A stretch of 64,000 nt of DNA from Gnetum montanum (GCA_015680685.1 MNCI01002211.1:1-64000), one strand, 5' to 3'; numbered from the stretch's first letter, positions 24,597 through 39,415 are shown. The notes: a model not told the origin generated them from the sequence alone. Numbers and translations: made by a program.

Positions 24597-27500
24597 TTGG
24601 AAAACCTAAGGATCAACTCCAATTAACTCAGGATATGACCATGCAAATGCAACATTCCATTTGTTCACCACCTTTAGCAACTTTTTCTTCTATTTCAGAG
24701 CAACGGTGGCATTGATAATTACCAGCTTTCCATTTTGCAAAAATGCATATTCCAAGTGAGCCGGGCCATAGAAGCAAAGGATTCTCAACATACCTAATTT
24801 CTTCAACTTACTGATGTTCAGAACCCAAAGAATAAATTGGAGAGAAATGAAAGCCCGAGTTAATGATCAGATAAATGCCCTTGAAGATCAAATTAATGAG
24901 ATTAGGGATGTTTAAGAAGAACTTTGTCACTCAAACTAAGGGTTCAAGACAAAGATGCAAAATATGTCTGAGGAAATTAGGAAATTGTCCCATAATTTAG
25001 AGAATAAATGATCATACATGCAAGGAAAGATGGATTCCTTTACAGACTCTATCAAACAATTAACTGACCATCTCATTCAGCCTTCAAATTCTACCCATGG
25101 TCTACCTAGGGAACAACATCAAGATTGAGATCAAGTTCCCCTATGGATCCACACCAAATACAGCTCCCACCTGCTAATGAATAGGATACCAAAATCCCTC
25201 TTGTAGGCCATAGAATTGAAACTGAAGGTGAGGGATATGGGAACTGGCTTAATTCACCTAGAGAATTGTTGATACAAGTTCATGCTAAGAAAGTAAAATT
25301 AGATCATTATGATGGAGCCCTTGGATCTAGTGTTAAGGCAAAGGATTGGCTTGATACAATGATAAATTACTTCGATATGTTGAATTTTTCAAGCCATGAA
25401 TGTTTAGAAGTTATCTTCTTGTATTTAAGAGGACTTGTAGAAACAAGGTGGAATGGACTAAGATCTCAAGGTCTGATTACAAAATAGCTTAGTTTTTGTC
25501 AATATTTTGAACAAAAATTTGTTCCCGATCCTTTCCTCAAAGAGCACAAAATGAAATTTGATTCTTTAAGATTGGAAAGGTGATCTGTAGATGATTACTA
25601 CAAGAAATTCTGTGATCTTTTTCGGTATGTAAGTTATAGAGATGAGGGAGAATTAGCTTCAAAATTCATTAGATGACTACATGCTCAATTGTGTTCCTAA
25701 ACACAAGCCCATAATCCTTAAACCATTGATGAAGCATATAGAATTGCTAAGGATTCTAAGGAATCAAATTAGATATGAGATACCCTTCGATAAGAAACTC
25801 TTCAACAAACTACCTTTCCACAAGCAATGGTAGAGGAGACACCAATGAAAAAATATTGTTTAAGATTAGGATGTTTTATTTGTGGTGAAGATCATTATAA
25901 ATGAGACTACCTGAAATTTCAAGCAAAAATAAAAAGGACTAACCAAATTAGAAATAAAAAACGCAACCCAAACATGAACAAAGGAAAAATTCTAGCCACC
26001 ACCATAGTCATGAAAAGGGTATATGCATCAACTAAATTAGGTTTGTGTAAATTTCAATTTGCTTTATTGATTTTTGAAGGTTTAGTTAAAGGTAAAAAAA
26101 TTAAATTTTTGGTTAATAGTGGTGCTAATGATAACTTTACTTCTTCAAAGTTAATCAATTTATTGAAATTAAGTTTACCTTCTAAGAAAATTATTAAGAT
26201 AAAATTGGCAGATGGAACGATTATGAGTAAGCATACCAGGTATGAAGAAATTATCTTTACCTTGCAAAACATGAGTTTCATGAATAAATAATTTGAATTT
26301 GAACTAGGTGATGTTGATGCAATTTTAAGAATGTCATTCCTGCAAAAATTTGATATTACTACCCACTTTGGAACTTGTATTTTAAAAGTCCCAACCACTA
26401 ACAGAGTCAGGGTTTTAAGTGGCGTAAGAACAATAAAGAAAATTCATATGATAACTATTAAGCAAGCTAAAAGATTAGTGAAAAAAGGTGCTATGATGTT
26501 GGTTGTCAAAGTAACCCAACATTAGAGATCTTTAGGTATTGAGATCCCGAAAGAACTTAAGGAATATAAAGATTTAGTATTTGGTGAAACTAGAGAACTA
26601 ATTTCAAAATGAATTGTCAAGCATGCCATTGATATTTTTCCTGATACACAACCTATTTCAAAAGTCCCTTATAGATTTTCTACTTTTGAATTATGAGAAT
26701 TAAAAGTACAATTAAACCAATTATTATAGGAAGGGAAAATTCGACTACCTTGGGGTGTATTAGTATTATTCATTAAAAAGAAAGATGATACGCTAAGATT
26801 ATGCATTGATTATAGAGCATTGAATAAAGTGGTGATTAAAACTACTTATCCCTTGCCTAGGATCAATGATTTTTTTGATCAACTTACAGGTGCATGTTAT
26901 TTCTCAAAGATTGATTTAAAATTAGGTTATCACCAAATAAGGATTAAGGAGAAAGATATTGAGGAAAATTCTTTTAGAAGTAGGTATGGGTTATATGATT
27001 TTTTTTATGTTGTTTAGATTATCTAATGCACCTACAACATCCATAGCATTAATGAATAATATTTTTCATGATATCTTGATCAATTTGTTATAGTATTTAT
27101 GGATGATATACTTGTTTATTTTAAGTCAAGAGAAGAACATGTAAAACATTTGAAAATTACAATGGAAATTCTTAAAAAGCATAAGCTAAAAGCTAAATTG
27201 AGTAGATGTGAACTCTTTAAGGTAGAAGTTTTATACCTAGGTCATATAGTTTCTAAGAAAATATTTCAAGTAGATCTAGCAAAAATTAGTGCGAGCCGAG
27301 ACTAGCCTGAATTAAAAGATGTTACAACAGTTTGCAAATTCTTAGGTTTAGCCAATTTTTATTGACATTTCATTAAAGATTATTCTACCTTGGTAGCCCC
27401 AGTGACTAACCTTTTGAAGGAGAAATGTATGTTCAAGTTTGATAAAAAATGCAAGGAATCTTTTCTTAGATTAAATATGCTACTTACAAAAACACCTATT

Positions 27501-29290
27501 TTGAGAATTTCGAATGAAGAATTACCATTTGAAGTATCCACAAATGCCTGTGGAATAGAAATTGGTGCAATTCTTTCACAAGAAGAAAAAGTGGTATGTT
27601 ATGAATCTTGTAAATTATGAGGACCTGAGGTAAATTACTTAACCCATGATTTAGAATTACTAGTAATTGTTTATGCTTTGAAAGTTTGGAGACATTATCT
27701 TTGTGGAAAAAGGTTTGTACTAAAAATAGATCATAAAAGTTTAGAATATTTGCAGAAACAACCTATTTTGAATACTTGTTAAAGGTGATGGATAGAATTA
27801 TTGGTTGAATATGATTTTGAAATCAAATATATTCCCAGTAAGAAAAATGTGGTAGCCAATGCCTTTAGTTGAATGTGGACCTTAATGATAGGTGTGGTAA
27901 TGATGCCTATGAAAGAAGAAATTGAGGAGAAAATAAAAGAATACCCTTATTTTAAAAATATTTTAACCAATATTTCCTATGAGCCTTAATATCAACTTAC
28001 CTCTAATGATTTATTGATGAAAGGACAAAGAATGTGCATATTAGAAGGAAATTGGAGACTAAGGTTGTTCTATGAAGCACATGAAGGTTATATTCAGATC
28101 TATATGATGATTCACAAATCTTATTTTTGGCCTAGAATGAAGAATGATGTGTCCTCATACATTAAAAATTGTTCAACATGCCAAAGAATAAAAGCTAAAT
28201 AGAGGAAACCCAGTGGATTATTACAACCTATGGAAGTCCCAACCTAGAAATGGGAAGATATCACTATGGATTTCATTGTGGGATTACCAATAACCAAAAA
28301 GGGAAATGATTCAATTTTTGTAGTGGTTGATTGTCTATCAAAGATAACACATTTTAGAACTTTGAAATCTACAAACACAGTAGAAGAAGTAGCCCAAAAA
28401 ATTTTACATGAAGTATTTTGATTTCATGGTTGTCCAAAATCTATCACTTCGGACAGAGATCCTAAGTTCATATCTAAATTCTAGAAAAAATTTCTTTAGA
28501 GAGCTTCGAACCCAATTGAAATTTAGCACAGCTTATCACCCTAAGACTGATGGGAAAATTGAATGTGTGAATAGAATATTAAAAGATATCCTACAAAGCT
28601 ATGTTGGAAGTAGACCAAAAACATGGGAGAATTATTTGCACTTGGCAAAATTTTCCTATAATAACAATTATCAAGGTTCTATACATCAAACACCATTCGA
28701 AGTAATATATGGATGTAATTTCCATACAACATTAACTTTGTTAGATCCAACCTTAAGAATGGAATGGAAGGAAGAAGAAATGAAAATAATAGAAAACATA
28801 ATCACAAGAGTCAAAAAAAATTTACAAGTTGCCCAAGATAAATATAAAGGATATGCAGATCAACATCGACTAAAAAAAGAATTCCAAGAAGGAGATCAAG
28901 TATTACTGAGAGTAAAACCTACCAAAGTTTGTCTTAAACTAGGAAAATATACTAAATTAGCACCTATATTTTGTGGACCTTTTGAAATCTCTGAAAGAAT
29001 TGGTGAAGTAGCATATTAGTTGAACCTTTCAATAACCTTAAAAATTCATCTAGTTTTTCATGTGAGCTTGCTAAAGAAATTTCATGAAAATGATGTAACA
29101 TATGTGTTGGATAGACATACTTTGCCATTATGATCCAATGCTAGCTTTGAAGTTAGACCCATTGCTATTAAGAACCAACAAACTAAGAAATTATGAAATA
29201 AAACTATCAACGAAGTACTTGTTCAATGGCCAAATTGTGATCAACAAACTTTGAAAAATAGGGAGTTTATTTTAAATACCTATCCTTAAC
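24597..29290 (+). pseudogene. gag-pol: Chromovirus gag-PR-RT-RH-INT-chromodomain, many stops and frameshifts
   Basis: CFICGEDH knuckle, FLVNSGANDNF protease, [64 protein letters not shown], and the EVLVQW chromodomain (~29150-29290). Confidence 0.92.
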
Positions 29291-29485
29291 TTTTTGAGCA
29301 TCATGATATTGAATGATAAATTGTATTTATCATGGATGTAATAAATTATGTTTTATAATTTCTGATCTTCTATTTGTATAGATGATAATGAGGAAAATAA
29401 AAGAACTGAAGTTGAGGAGCAAATAATGAAGCAGCAGTTGAGCAGCTTGGCATAGAGGAAGCACTCGAGGATGAGCTAAATGCCT

Positions 29486-29498
29486 AAAGGGGGTAGAT
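29486..29498 (+). promoter_or_regulatory. Polypurine tract AAAGGGGGTAGAT
   Basis: Directly before the 3' LTR. Confidence 0.8.
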
Positions 29499-29989
29499 TG
29501 TAATGTCCCATCCCTTATTAAGGGTGGAGAAAATTGTAAACAATATAATTAATCTTCAAATGAAGGAGCGCCTCATTATGAAGAGTTATGATTATTCATG
29601 TATCCCTTGGGAAAGGGTTCGACCAATGCCATTTAAGGCTAGGATTAGAGGTCATGCTAGGTATGGAGTTGCGGAGCTGGAAGAGGCAAGTAACAGGAGT
29701 CAGGTGAAGTTGAACAAGAAGGGACTAATCACCCCTTTGGTAGGATAGCCTAACCGTGATACCAGCAGATTTCCCCTAAGGTTGAAGTGGCATGGGAAGA
29801 TAACCCATAGGGTGTTATAGTACTCTCTTCTATTAATATAATTTTTCTATTTTCCTCTTTTCATTCTTCAGTACCAATTAATTTATTTATTAAATATTTA
29901 TAATGTTTCCAGTATATTATCTAAGAAAACAATGAATGTGATAAATTAAGCGATCATATTTTTACGATAGCTGGGAATGGGATGTCACA
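29499..29989 (+). repeat. 3' LTR of the chromovirus
   Basis: TGTAATGTCC...GATGTCACA; colinear with 13110-13617. Confidence 0.9.
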
Positions 29990-30800
29990 ATGATGTAACT
30001 TGAAGAAGCATTTTAGCTCTTCCTTATAGAACTAAATTATGGAAATATGAATGTCTTTTATGAATGTCTTTCTTTTATGAATGTCTTTCTAATGTGGGAT
30101 CCTTTTAGAACCAATTTTGAGGCTTGCAATACTTTTTTCTTTTTTATTTTCTTCTATAGTTGATCTAAAAAAGATGAAAACTGAGTGTGTAATATCTTTT
30201 AAGAGCTTTCGATGTAGCTTGTGGAATAGATTTAGCTTTTTATTCAAAAAACCAGTTTTTGGTTCTATGAACCTATTCCATACAATGAGGTGACATGGCT
30301 TATAGAATCATTTCAAAGCTTATTCATAAAACCAAATTTTAGTTCTATAAAGCTCAGCTTCTCTTTAAAGCTAATTACAAAGGCTACTATGAATCAAATA
30401 TATAACCTCTTATGCTATTGGCTCTTTAAAATGAGTTTTTCTTACTTAGCTTTATATGGCACATGGGATTTACCCATAAATCTAATCTTAGATGTTCTTA
30501 TAAGCTCTTATCTTGTGATAATGTGAAGCTAATCTTTGTCCCCTAGCCAGCTAACGTGGATTATAGAGTTATTTCAAAGCTTGCTTATACAAACAATTTT
30601 TGGGCCTACTAACATCTCCAAATTATGCAAGTTGATGTGGTAGTAGAATTAATTAAGATTTTAAGTGTAGAATCTCCATCTTATTTTATAATCAGTAATG
30701 CTGTCATGATTCAAAAAACTATTCTATAAGCTCTTGCTAAAACTAATTTTTGGTTCCACAAACCCACTCGAACTCCATGAGTTGGCATGGAAAAATAAAA
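29990..30800. repeat. GTAGAACC/GGTTCTAC motif array, right half
   Basis: AAACCAGTTTTTGGTTCTATG, AAACCAAATTTTAGTTCTATA and AAACTAATTTTTGGTTCCAC match the motif at 11900-13090. Confidence 0.65.
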
Positions 30801-31549
30801 GTAGTTTTCTTTTTGCAAGACTAAACTCTATCCTCTACATTTTTAATTCATAAGTTCCATCTAGTAATCTATGATTAACTATTTATGCTAATGTTGACCT
30901 AGTTATAAGTAGGATCGATTCTTTCAACTTCTATGTATTCATTCCTATTGGTCTAAAACCTAGCTAATATTTTTTTAGATTAGAATATTCTCTCATGAGA
31001 ACTTTTCTTAGAACTAATGAAGATGTATTTAATTGTCCAAAAATATATCAAATCTAGCTTGAAACCCTAATTTTTCATATTAGTTTCTTATAGTTTAGTG
31101 GGTTCACATGCTTATTGCCTTGCCCAAAAATTTCTAAGTCACTACCATACTAAGATTTCTATGCTTTTTAAAATATTTATTAAAATAAGATGGACTTTTT
31201 TGGCATTTTCATGAACAATGTTTTTCCTTTTAAGCTTTTTCTTCACTTAAGGCTTTTATTTTGCACACTTACCTTTAGGGAAATATGACTCTAAGCTGAT
31301 ATCTAATGTTAAACCACAAAGTTTCTTTAAAATCTCAATAAGAATACTTATTATTTAAACAACATGATCAATTTAGCTTAGTCATACTATGTGGATTAAT
31401 TAATCTTTTAATTTAGAAATCACTACACATTTTCAAAATCAAAAAGCCCAATAATTCTAATCTTTGTTATTCCAGGATAATGGTGATTATTGAAACAACA
31501 GGCTCCTTTTATGTCTCATTTTTTAACATTAGATCTTGGTCTCCTTCTA

Positions 31550-34500
31550 TCCTTCATCAATTTAAATTTGAAATATTACAAATTATTGATACCTTTATTT
31601 TAATTGGAAAACCTAACTCTTAAGCATTTTATAATATTTTCTTCTTGATTGTGTATAACATAATCCTCAACAACTATAACTACTATAACTTTTTGAACAT
31701 ATGGACGATCTTCATACATTACACAAAATGATGCTTCTACAATGTTTCTATATATAGTAGAGTTATTATATGTCAACTCTCCCTATGATAACTTGTCTTG
31801 TCATTAGTTTGATTCTTTGTCACATAACATTGTAACAAATTTTCTAGTATATGATTCACTAATTGTATTTGTTCATTAGTCTATGGATGGTACCATGAAC
31901 TAAATTCTAACAAAAAGGATTTACAAATTTACAATCTTGATAAGTTACGATGCTTAATAAAATTTTGTGCATATGAATTATCCATTGAAAAAATAATTTG
32001 GCCATCTTCTTTCAACCATAAGTATTCTTGTAAGTAATGAAATGAGCCATCTTAAAGAAGTGATCCATGAGATCAAAATGGTGTTAGTCTCTTCACTACT
32101 ACATAGAATTCCATTTATGAAGGTTATGCTCAAATAAATCCAAGGCTTTGCTAGCACAAGTAGTAGCATATATAACCTGATATTGGTGCAGACATGAAAA
32201 TCCTCTATAAATTTTTTTATTTCTACTTGCATTCCTAGGTAATAGAAATATATAATTCCTAAATAGCCAATCTTTATGAATTTTAAACTCTATTCATCCT
32301 ACTCATAAAGTCAAGTTCCATAATTTTCCAAAATATCAAACTTGTAAGCTAGATTCTCTACCTTGATCTCTTCAAATTAAATAGTTGTTATGATGAAACT
32401 ACAACAAATCAAAACATTAGCCATGTTGTTCTAGGATCCTTTCTTCTTCTTGATCATAAAATTATATTTTTATAGTTCTTTCATCCATCTTACATGGCTG
32501 GCATTCAACTTAAGCTATCATTGGATGTACTAGAAAAGTCAATGGTCTATATACAATACAAATTTTGATAGCAACAAATAATAGTATAAATTTTTTTTCC
32601 TTAATTTTAGTAATTCTTATAACTATTATTTAATTTCTTAATAAAAAATGTCATTGGTATTTCTTGTTCATTAATAACTCTCCCTATGGACACATCACTT
32701 GCATCATAATCTACCATGAAGACCTTTGAGAAATTTACTAGGGATAATATTGATGCATTGCTATGGCATTATTTAATTTCACAGAAACTACTTTTTATTT
32801 TAGAGTTTACAAATGTCTTGTTCTTTCCCTTAATAATTTCTAGCATATCTATAGTTATTGCATTAAAATTCTTAGTGAATTTATGATGGAAACTTGCAAG
32901 TCCATAAAATGAACACATTCTTATTACATTTATTAGTATTGGCCAGCTTATAGTACTCTTGATCTTCTTTGAATATGCTTTTAAAGTTTACAAATCCAAG
33001 ATCTACTAGCTCCTTCTTTAGAAATCTATATTTCAAGTTTACAAGTAGTTTCTCATCAAATAGTCTTGTAAGCATCAACCATAATTATTATAAATTCTTT
33101 TGACTACTACTATTATAATTCAAAATGTCATCAAGGAATACAATTATGAACCTTCAAAATAAGTAATCAACACTTTATTCATTAGCCTCATGAAAGTGCT
33201 TGGCACATTTGACAAACCAAATAGCATGACTCTCTACTTGTAGAGTCCATTTGGGATTTTGAACATTATCTTCCATTCATCTTCTTAATAAACAAAAATT
33301 TAATGCTAATACTCTTAAGATTAATTTTTATAAAATATTTGGCACCTACAAGATTTTCCAAAATGTCATCCATTTGAGACATAGAAAATCTATACTTGAT
33401 TATGACTTTATTGATAACCCTAATTTTTATACACATCAAAAACTTTGTTGGGGTTTTCTTTAATGCCAACATTGTTGGAACAACACATGGACTAATGTTT
33501 TCCTAAATTAAAAACTTCTTGAGTGATTCTTTACAATGTTTGGCCAACATTTTATGCTTGTTTACGCTCATTTTATATGCTATCTTATTGTGTAATTTAG
33601 CTCTTAATGACATGTGATATGGATCTCTTGGAAGAAAAACCATCTAGCAAGTTTGAGACTAAGATGTCACTAAACTATTGGAGTGCAATTCTTAACTCCA
33701 AAGTTACTTCTTCGTATTGACAAGTAACCATTTTAAGCATCATTAACATTTATTTTTTTCTTTGGTTAGTTCTCATAGGAACTCCCATTATAACTTTAAG
33801 CAAACTAAGCTTTTCTTAAGCTCATAAGAATCTTGTCTTTTCTTTTGGATTTTTGATGGGGAATCTACATGAATTTTGCAAAAGTGATGACTCTTTCTCA
33901 CTAGCATTGTTGTAAATTAAGCATGGTAAATTAATAGTATCATTAAGGTTTCTCAAAAATGGCATCCTATGCATTCATAGGAATAAATTTATAGAGTACA
34001 AATTCTATGAAATTACAAAATTAAAATTTTACTAGGCAATACTTGTCCATCTTAGGATTCATAGGTTTAACTAGCCAACTTACATGATGCATTGAAGGAT
34101 AATCTTTCATAGGTAGACTAAGTTTTTCCATCATGTACTTTGATAGAATATTATCAGAACTTGCATTATCTATGACTATGACACAAACTTACTACCACAA
34201 ATATAATGTGGCTTGAGTAGACTTTCCTTTTTTATCACATTTTTTATTTTCTTTGACATCATTGCCATGTCTTATGAGAATGCTTGGACCCTTATCTCCT
34301 CATGTTTAGACCTATTTATTACTAATTCTTACACTAGTTTGGTTCTTGAAAATCTTATGACTTTCTTAATCAAGTTCTTTATAGATGCATACAATATGAG
34401 GGCACTCAAAAGCTCTATGCCCAAATTCATCACACCTTAAACATGAACCACTAAAGCTAACTAGAATTTTCTTAGGTTGGAATGATCTAAAACCTTCTCT

Positions 34501-35420
34501 ACCCCTTTCCTCATCTACATTCATAAAATGTAAAATATTCTAGTTATCTATGTCGCTAGCCTATACTGAAATTTCTTTCATTTTCAATCTTCCATCCTTT
34601 TTTCTAGATGGCTATCCATGATGAAAATTACCTATTGTCTCCTTCCTTCGTAGCGTCTCTTCTATCCTTATGAAAATATAAAATTATTTCTCTATTATGT
34701 ATGAAAAATTCATGTTTATCTTAGCTTGAATGAATATAATAAACTCTCCTATGCACTTTGCAATATGGTTTCCACATCTTTATTTGCTTCAAATTGAATG
34801 TTGGGCCCATGGAACTTCTCCATGTACTCCTTCAGAGATTTCTCCTTCTCTTAGAAAATACACCTACTAATAGAAATTTTCTTATAATTAGGTTATAAAA
34901 AATTCTTTTCAATTTTTTTATCATTTGGTCCTAATTCTAATTTTCTTCTTTTCTTACTACTACCTCTTCATTTGTAGGTTCTTCAACCATGTTCTTTCTA
35001 GCTCTACAATCTTTGTAATGGTAATCTTAACCTTCTTGTTCTCTTCCAATTCAAGAATCTTAAAATATATTTTCATTTGTCAGATCCATTCTAGAAAGAC
35101 ATCTACATCAAGGTTTCCATCATAAGCATGAACATCATAACTTATATTTTTTTCCAATTTGGATAGTGCATGTAGAAATCATTGCTTCAGTGGACTTCTA
35201 GCTTTAAATCCTTTCTTCTTTGATCATTTCTCATAAATTCCTTGAATATCAAATGTAATATCTTTATAATAACCTTCTGTGAAGTTTTATTCTTCTTGGA
35301 TATACATGTATGTTCTCTAAGCCACTTCTAAATACTCCTCCATTTGTCATAGCATCTCTATAACTCTTCTCAAGTTTATATTTATCATTTATGATCTTTC
35401 ATAATCATGATCACCTCTTA
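31550..35420 (-). pseudogene. gag-pol: Highly decayed CRM-like Ty3 gag-pol
   Basis: RT IKYRFSMSQMDDILENLVGAKYFIKINLKS, protease GSKVCVIVIDNASSDNILS...EKLSL, and INT KPWIYLSITFINGI. A possible PBS relic lies near 35428-35440. Confidence 0.8.
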
Positions 35421-36027
35421 CATGTACTATTGATAGCATTATGTAATAACATTCTAAATAAAAACTTTATGTACTAATACTGGAAAAGGTAATACATTAG
35501 ATGACTTACAAAAATAGATGAATATTTATGAAGAAAGTCAATAGAAATGCTAATGCTATGAACTAGCTTATAAAATAATTAATAACTTAAGTAGGTGGAT
35601 TAGCTTATAAAAGGTAAAAGTAAATACAAAACACTTCTAAACTATAGGCTTACAAAATGAAGAGTAAGCATGAAATCATAAGAACTTCAAAAATCATCCA
35701 AAGTTTCTATAATAACTTACAAGAAGCAAACTTCCATAGGCTATAATAGTTTGAATAATAAATCAAAATCACACTTAGCTTACAATATGAATTGTATAAT
35801 CATGAATGATAAATTATTCAAGGAAATTTAACAAAAAGTGTGATACTCAATGTTCATAAATCATTCTAATTCTTAAGAAATATCAATGAATCATCTAGTC
35901 ATAGCAATGATGGAATGGATATCCAACAAAGAAGTAAAGAAATAGAATCTACTACCTAGAAAAAATACATATAACAAAAGGAACCTATCATAAATAGCTT
36001 GTTTAGAGAAATTTCTCTTCAACATTT

Positions 36028-36300
36028 GATGATTAAGAACTTATAGGGGCAAGCGAGGTGAATAAGTTCTGTATTAGAAACGATCAAATCTAAAATTTTA
36101 TAGAAATAAATGCACATGCATAATCTATATGGTTTCCCAACTTGGATAGTTCATACTTAAATGGTATCATGCATACCTCTAAATTTGTTTCTTTCAAAAT
36201 GTAATTTCAAGAGCATCAAAGTCTTACAGTGCTTCATTATAGTTAACTTTATAGATTCAATCTTGAAGTTTTAGCCCAACCTCTACATACAATTTTGATT
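36028..36300 (-). mobile_element. Diverged fragment related to the Ty1 LTR at 4736/8713
   Basis: TAAGAACTTA..GTGAATAAGTTC and GGTTTCCCAACTTGGATA..TTTCAAGAGCATCA match 4736-4925. Confidence 0.6.
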
Positions 36301-36304
36301 TTTC

Positions 36305-37696
36305 TCACCCCTTGTGCACTTCATTCAAGGATAAGGCCACTAATTGATTTTCATCTAGCATGTTAAGGTTGATCAATTGTTCTCTTTTCACTAGACTTAG
36401 GTTAAGATCTAGGTCACATGCTATTGATAGTGTATGGAGCTTCGATTGAATAGGAAGTGTTGGTAGTTTTATGTACACTAGCTCATAGGAAGAGTAGCCT
36501 ATAGGAAATTTCCATGTTGAGCAGTAGGCCCAGAGGACATCGTTGAGTTTTTTCCCTCCCATATTTGCTAACAATTCTTATTAAGATTTTTGTAATCTCT
36601 ATATTAGTAACCTTTGCTTAACCATTAGCTTGGGGGTGATAGGGTGTTGTTAATTTATGTTCAACCCCTAAGTGTTGCATGAGCTTGCAAAAAATAATGC
36701 CTATAAAATGGGTTCCATTGTAAAAAATTAGTGCATGTGGCACCCCAAACCTATTTATAACATTTTATTATACAAATTATGCAATAGTAGATAATGTACA
36801 GTTGATGATAGCTACTGCTTCTACCCATGTTATGTAGTAATCATTGACAAAGATTATGTAGGTCTTTTCATTTGACATGGGTGAGATGAAACCCATGTAG
36901 TCAATGCCCCATATGTCAAAGGGTTCCAATGATTATATCAACTATTGAGGTCCCTTCATTCAAGTGGTCATCCCACCATCTTGTTGACAGTGTTCACAAG
37001 AGTGGACAAATTGGTGGGCATCCTTGAAGATGGTTGGCTAATAATACCTTGCCATCAAGATCTTAATGGTTGTGCATCTTTTAGCATAGTGGCCCCCACA
37101 AGTTCCCTATTCAGCATCTTAGAGAACATGCAGTTGATCAGCATCAAGTACACACCAATGAACTAGGCCATTGACACACACCTTGTAAAGGTGTCTATTG
37201 ATTTCCATGAAGCATTTGGCTTGATGAAGAAACTATTGTTTCTTCCTATAGTCCAGATCTTATGGTATCTCTTTTGTGAGAAGATAACTGAGGATGCCAT
37301 CATACCATTTTGGTTCTACAAGCACTTGTTTATTTATTGTACCAATAAAGAGGATTTCATCAAGAAATTGATCAAAAAGTAAACTCTCTTCTTTGTTATC
37401 CCATCATAACTAACATAAGTGATCAACAATCACATTCTCAATTTCCTTTCAATCTACCATTGTAAAATTAAACTCCTACAAGATCACCAACCACCATATG
37501 ATATGGGGGCTCACCATTGGCATATTCATTAGAAAATGAATTGCACTGTGTTTAGTATTCACAAACACTTTGTATCTAAGCACATAGTACTTGAACTTTG
37601 CTAGAGTGTACACCATCACCATTAGTTGTTTCTTCACTATGGTATAATTCAACTATACACCCACAATGCTTCAACTTACGTAGTGGATGTAATATG
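36305..37696 (-). pseudogene. pol: Athila-like RNase H-integrase fragment (second copy), left part
   Basis: LNDVLWAYCSTWKFPIGYSSYELVY; colinear with ~22270-23600. Confidence 0.88.
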
Positions 37697-39409
37697 TGAA
37701 ACACCACCAAATTTGGGCTACAGCATCTTGACTGCAAATTTTCCTAAGTGTCATCATGAGGCCACTTTTTGCAAACTTTTCTAGGTTCTAGGACTATGCT
37801 CTCCACTACCCCAAAGTGTAGTAAGCCCAATGGAGAGTATAGTCAGCTCAAAAAAATCAATTTTTGTAGTTTTTTCTAAGTGTTATCATGAAACCAAAAG
37901 ATACAAATTTTTCTAAGTGTTGGGAGTATGCTCTCCACTACCCCAAAGCATAGTCAACTTAGTACAGAGTGTAGTCAACACAAAGGCAAGTTTGCAAATT
38001 TTTCGAAGTGTCAAGCTAGATGCTATAGAATTTCTGAAGCGTTGGGATTATGCTCTCCACTTCCCCATAGCATAGTCAAGCGTAGTTAGCATGAAGGCCT
38101 AGTTTTTGCAGATTTTTTCTAAGTGTTGAGACTACACTCTCCACCAGCCCAAAGCGTAGTTAAGCATAGTCAATAGCAAGCTAATTTCTATAAGTTTTGA
38201 CAAGTACTGGGACTATGCTCACCCCCATTTGGAAGCATAATCAGCCTTCTATGAAGAGTGTAGTTAGCACATAGCCATTTTTTACAAAATTTTCTAAGTG
38301 TTATGACTACGCTCTCCCCCAGTTTAGAGCGTAGTCAAATGTAGTTAGCTAGAATATTCTTCAAAGGCCTTCATCACACATTCATCTCCAACTCATCTTT
38401 GACAAGTGTGGTTAGCAAAATGTATTTTTGTTGTATCCCATTTTATCCCCAAATTATAACTATGCTTGATCCCATGCAAGATAGTGAAGAGCGTAGTCTC
38501 GAAGCATAGTCTCCAAAGTTGCATTTTTTTGGGCACATTGTGATTCCCTTAGCACATGCACATGTAGTTGGCAATGTAGTCACAATCTCTTAGCCTCACA
38601 GAGTCTGGTAGAATAGAGCAGAGCACAACATCGCTACCCTCAATGAATAGCATAGTTGGATGATGGAGTAGTTCCAACCATCCCCTCTGCCATGTGGTAA
38701 TCTCTCTGCATTTCATGCTAAACCTAGCCCTATAAATACCCTAGCCATTAAAATTTTAGGGGTTTGAAAATTTGAGAAATTTGGCATTTTGGGTGGATAA
38801 AAAACCAAAGGCACACTAGTGAATCGAAGAAAGCAAAAATTTGCATACCACTATAGCTCACTGCAAGACATTGCAGCCCACTGCATACCATGGTAGCCAA
38901 CTCAACAGGCACAGACACCATGGAAAAACATTAGTCTTCATGGCTAGACATCCCCAAAATTATGACTACACTATCCACTGTGCTTGTTGTACACCACGTA
39001 CCTTCTCATCCCTTCTGGAGTTAAGTATGCTCAACCCCACTTGGTGTGGTGTTCTATTCTCTTCCACTCTCTTTCTTTGCATTTTCAACATTTTACTTGC
39101 ATTCTTGCTATTTTTATGCATAGTTTCATGTTGGCACCTTCATTTTTTGTTGAGACTCTTAATTACACTCACACCCACTAACATCATTAACACCATTGAT
39201 ATTGTTTGAACACCTAACATCATTTTGCATTAGCATTGTAGATAACTATGCTACACCCCTAGTTGCATTTGGTAAGTCCTTGTTCAATCAACAAGACCAT
39301 TCAGGGCACCCCATCTCCACCTCCAATAAGGCCTCACAAGGGCTTAGGGTTAAACTATGCATCCATGAACCTCTTGGTATTCCAACCACTGACATTTTTG
39401 ATCACTATA
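37697..39409 (+). repeat. 5' LTR of the Tat element with GACTACGCTCTCC/AGAGCGTAGTC repeats
   Basis: TGAAACACC...CACTATA; TATA CCTATAAATA at ~38729-38738. Confidence 0.9.
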
Positions 39410-39415
39410 GCTTTT

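Larger units (their letters stand above)
13110..29989 (+). mobile_element. Ty3 chromovirus (Tekay/Del-like), decayed, with a nested Athila-like element
   Basis: LTRs at 13110-13617 and 29499-29989 (TGTAAT...GTCACA), degenerate PBS, PPT, and TSD ATTAT/ATGAT (4/5). The same host motif array resumes on both sides. Confidence 0.8.

Noticed and set aside
30046-30092. Short local repeats (TATGAATGTCTTT x3; (TAAT)n at 20137-20168; 16-bp duplication at 63605-63636; ~63-bp duplication at 7920-8050)
   Set aside because: Ordinary slippage duplications with no further structure.
31285-31520. Possible PBS relic (AAGCTGATATCTAA) and short LTR
   Set aside because: Too degenerate, and no partner repeat was identified.
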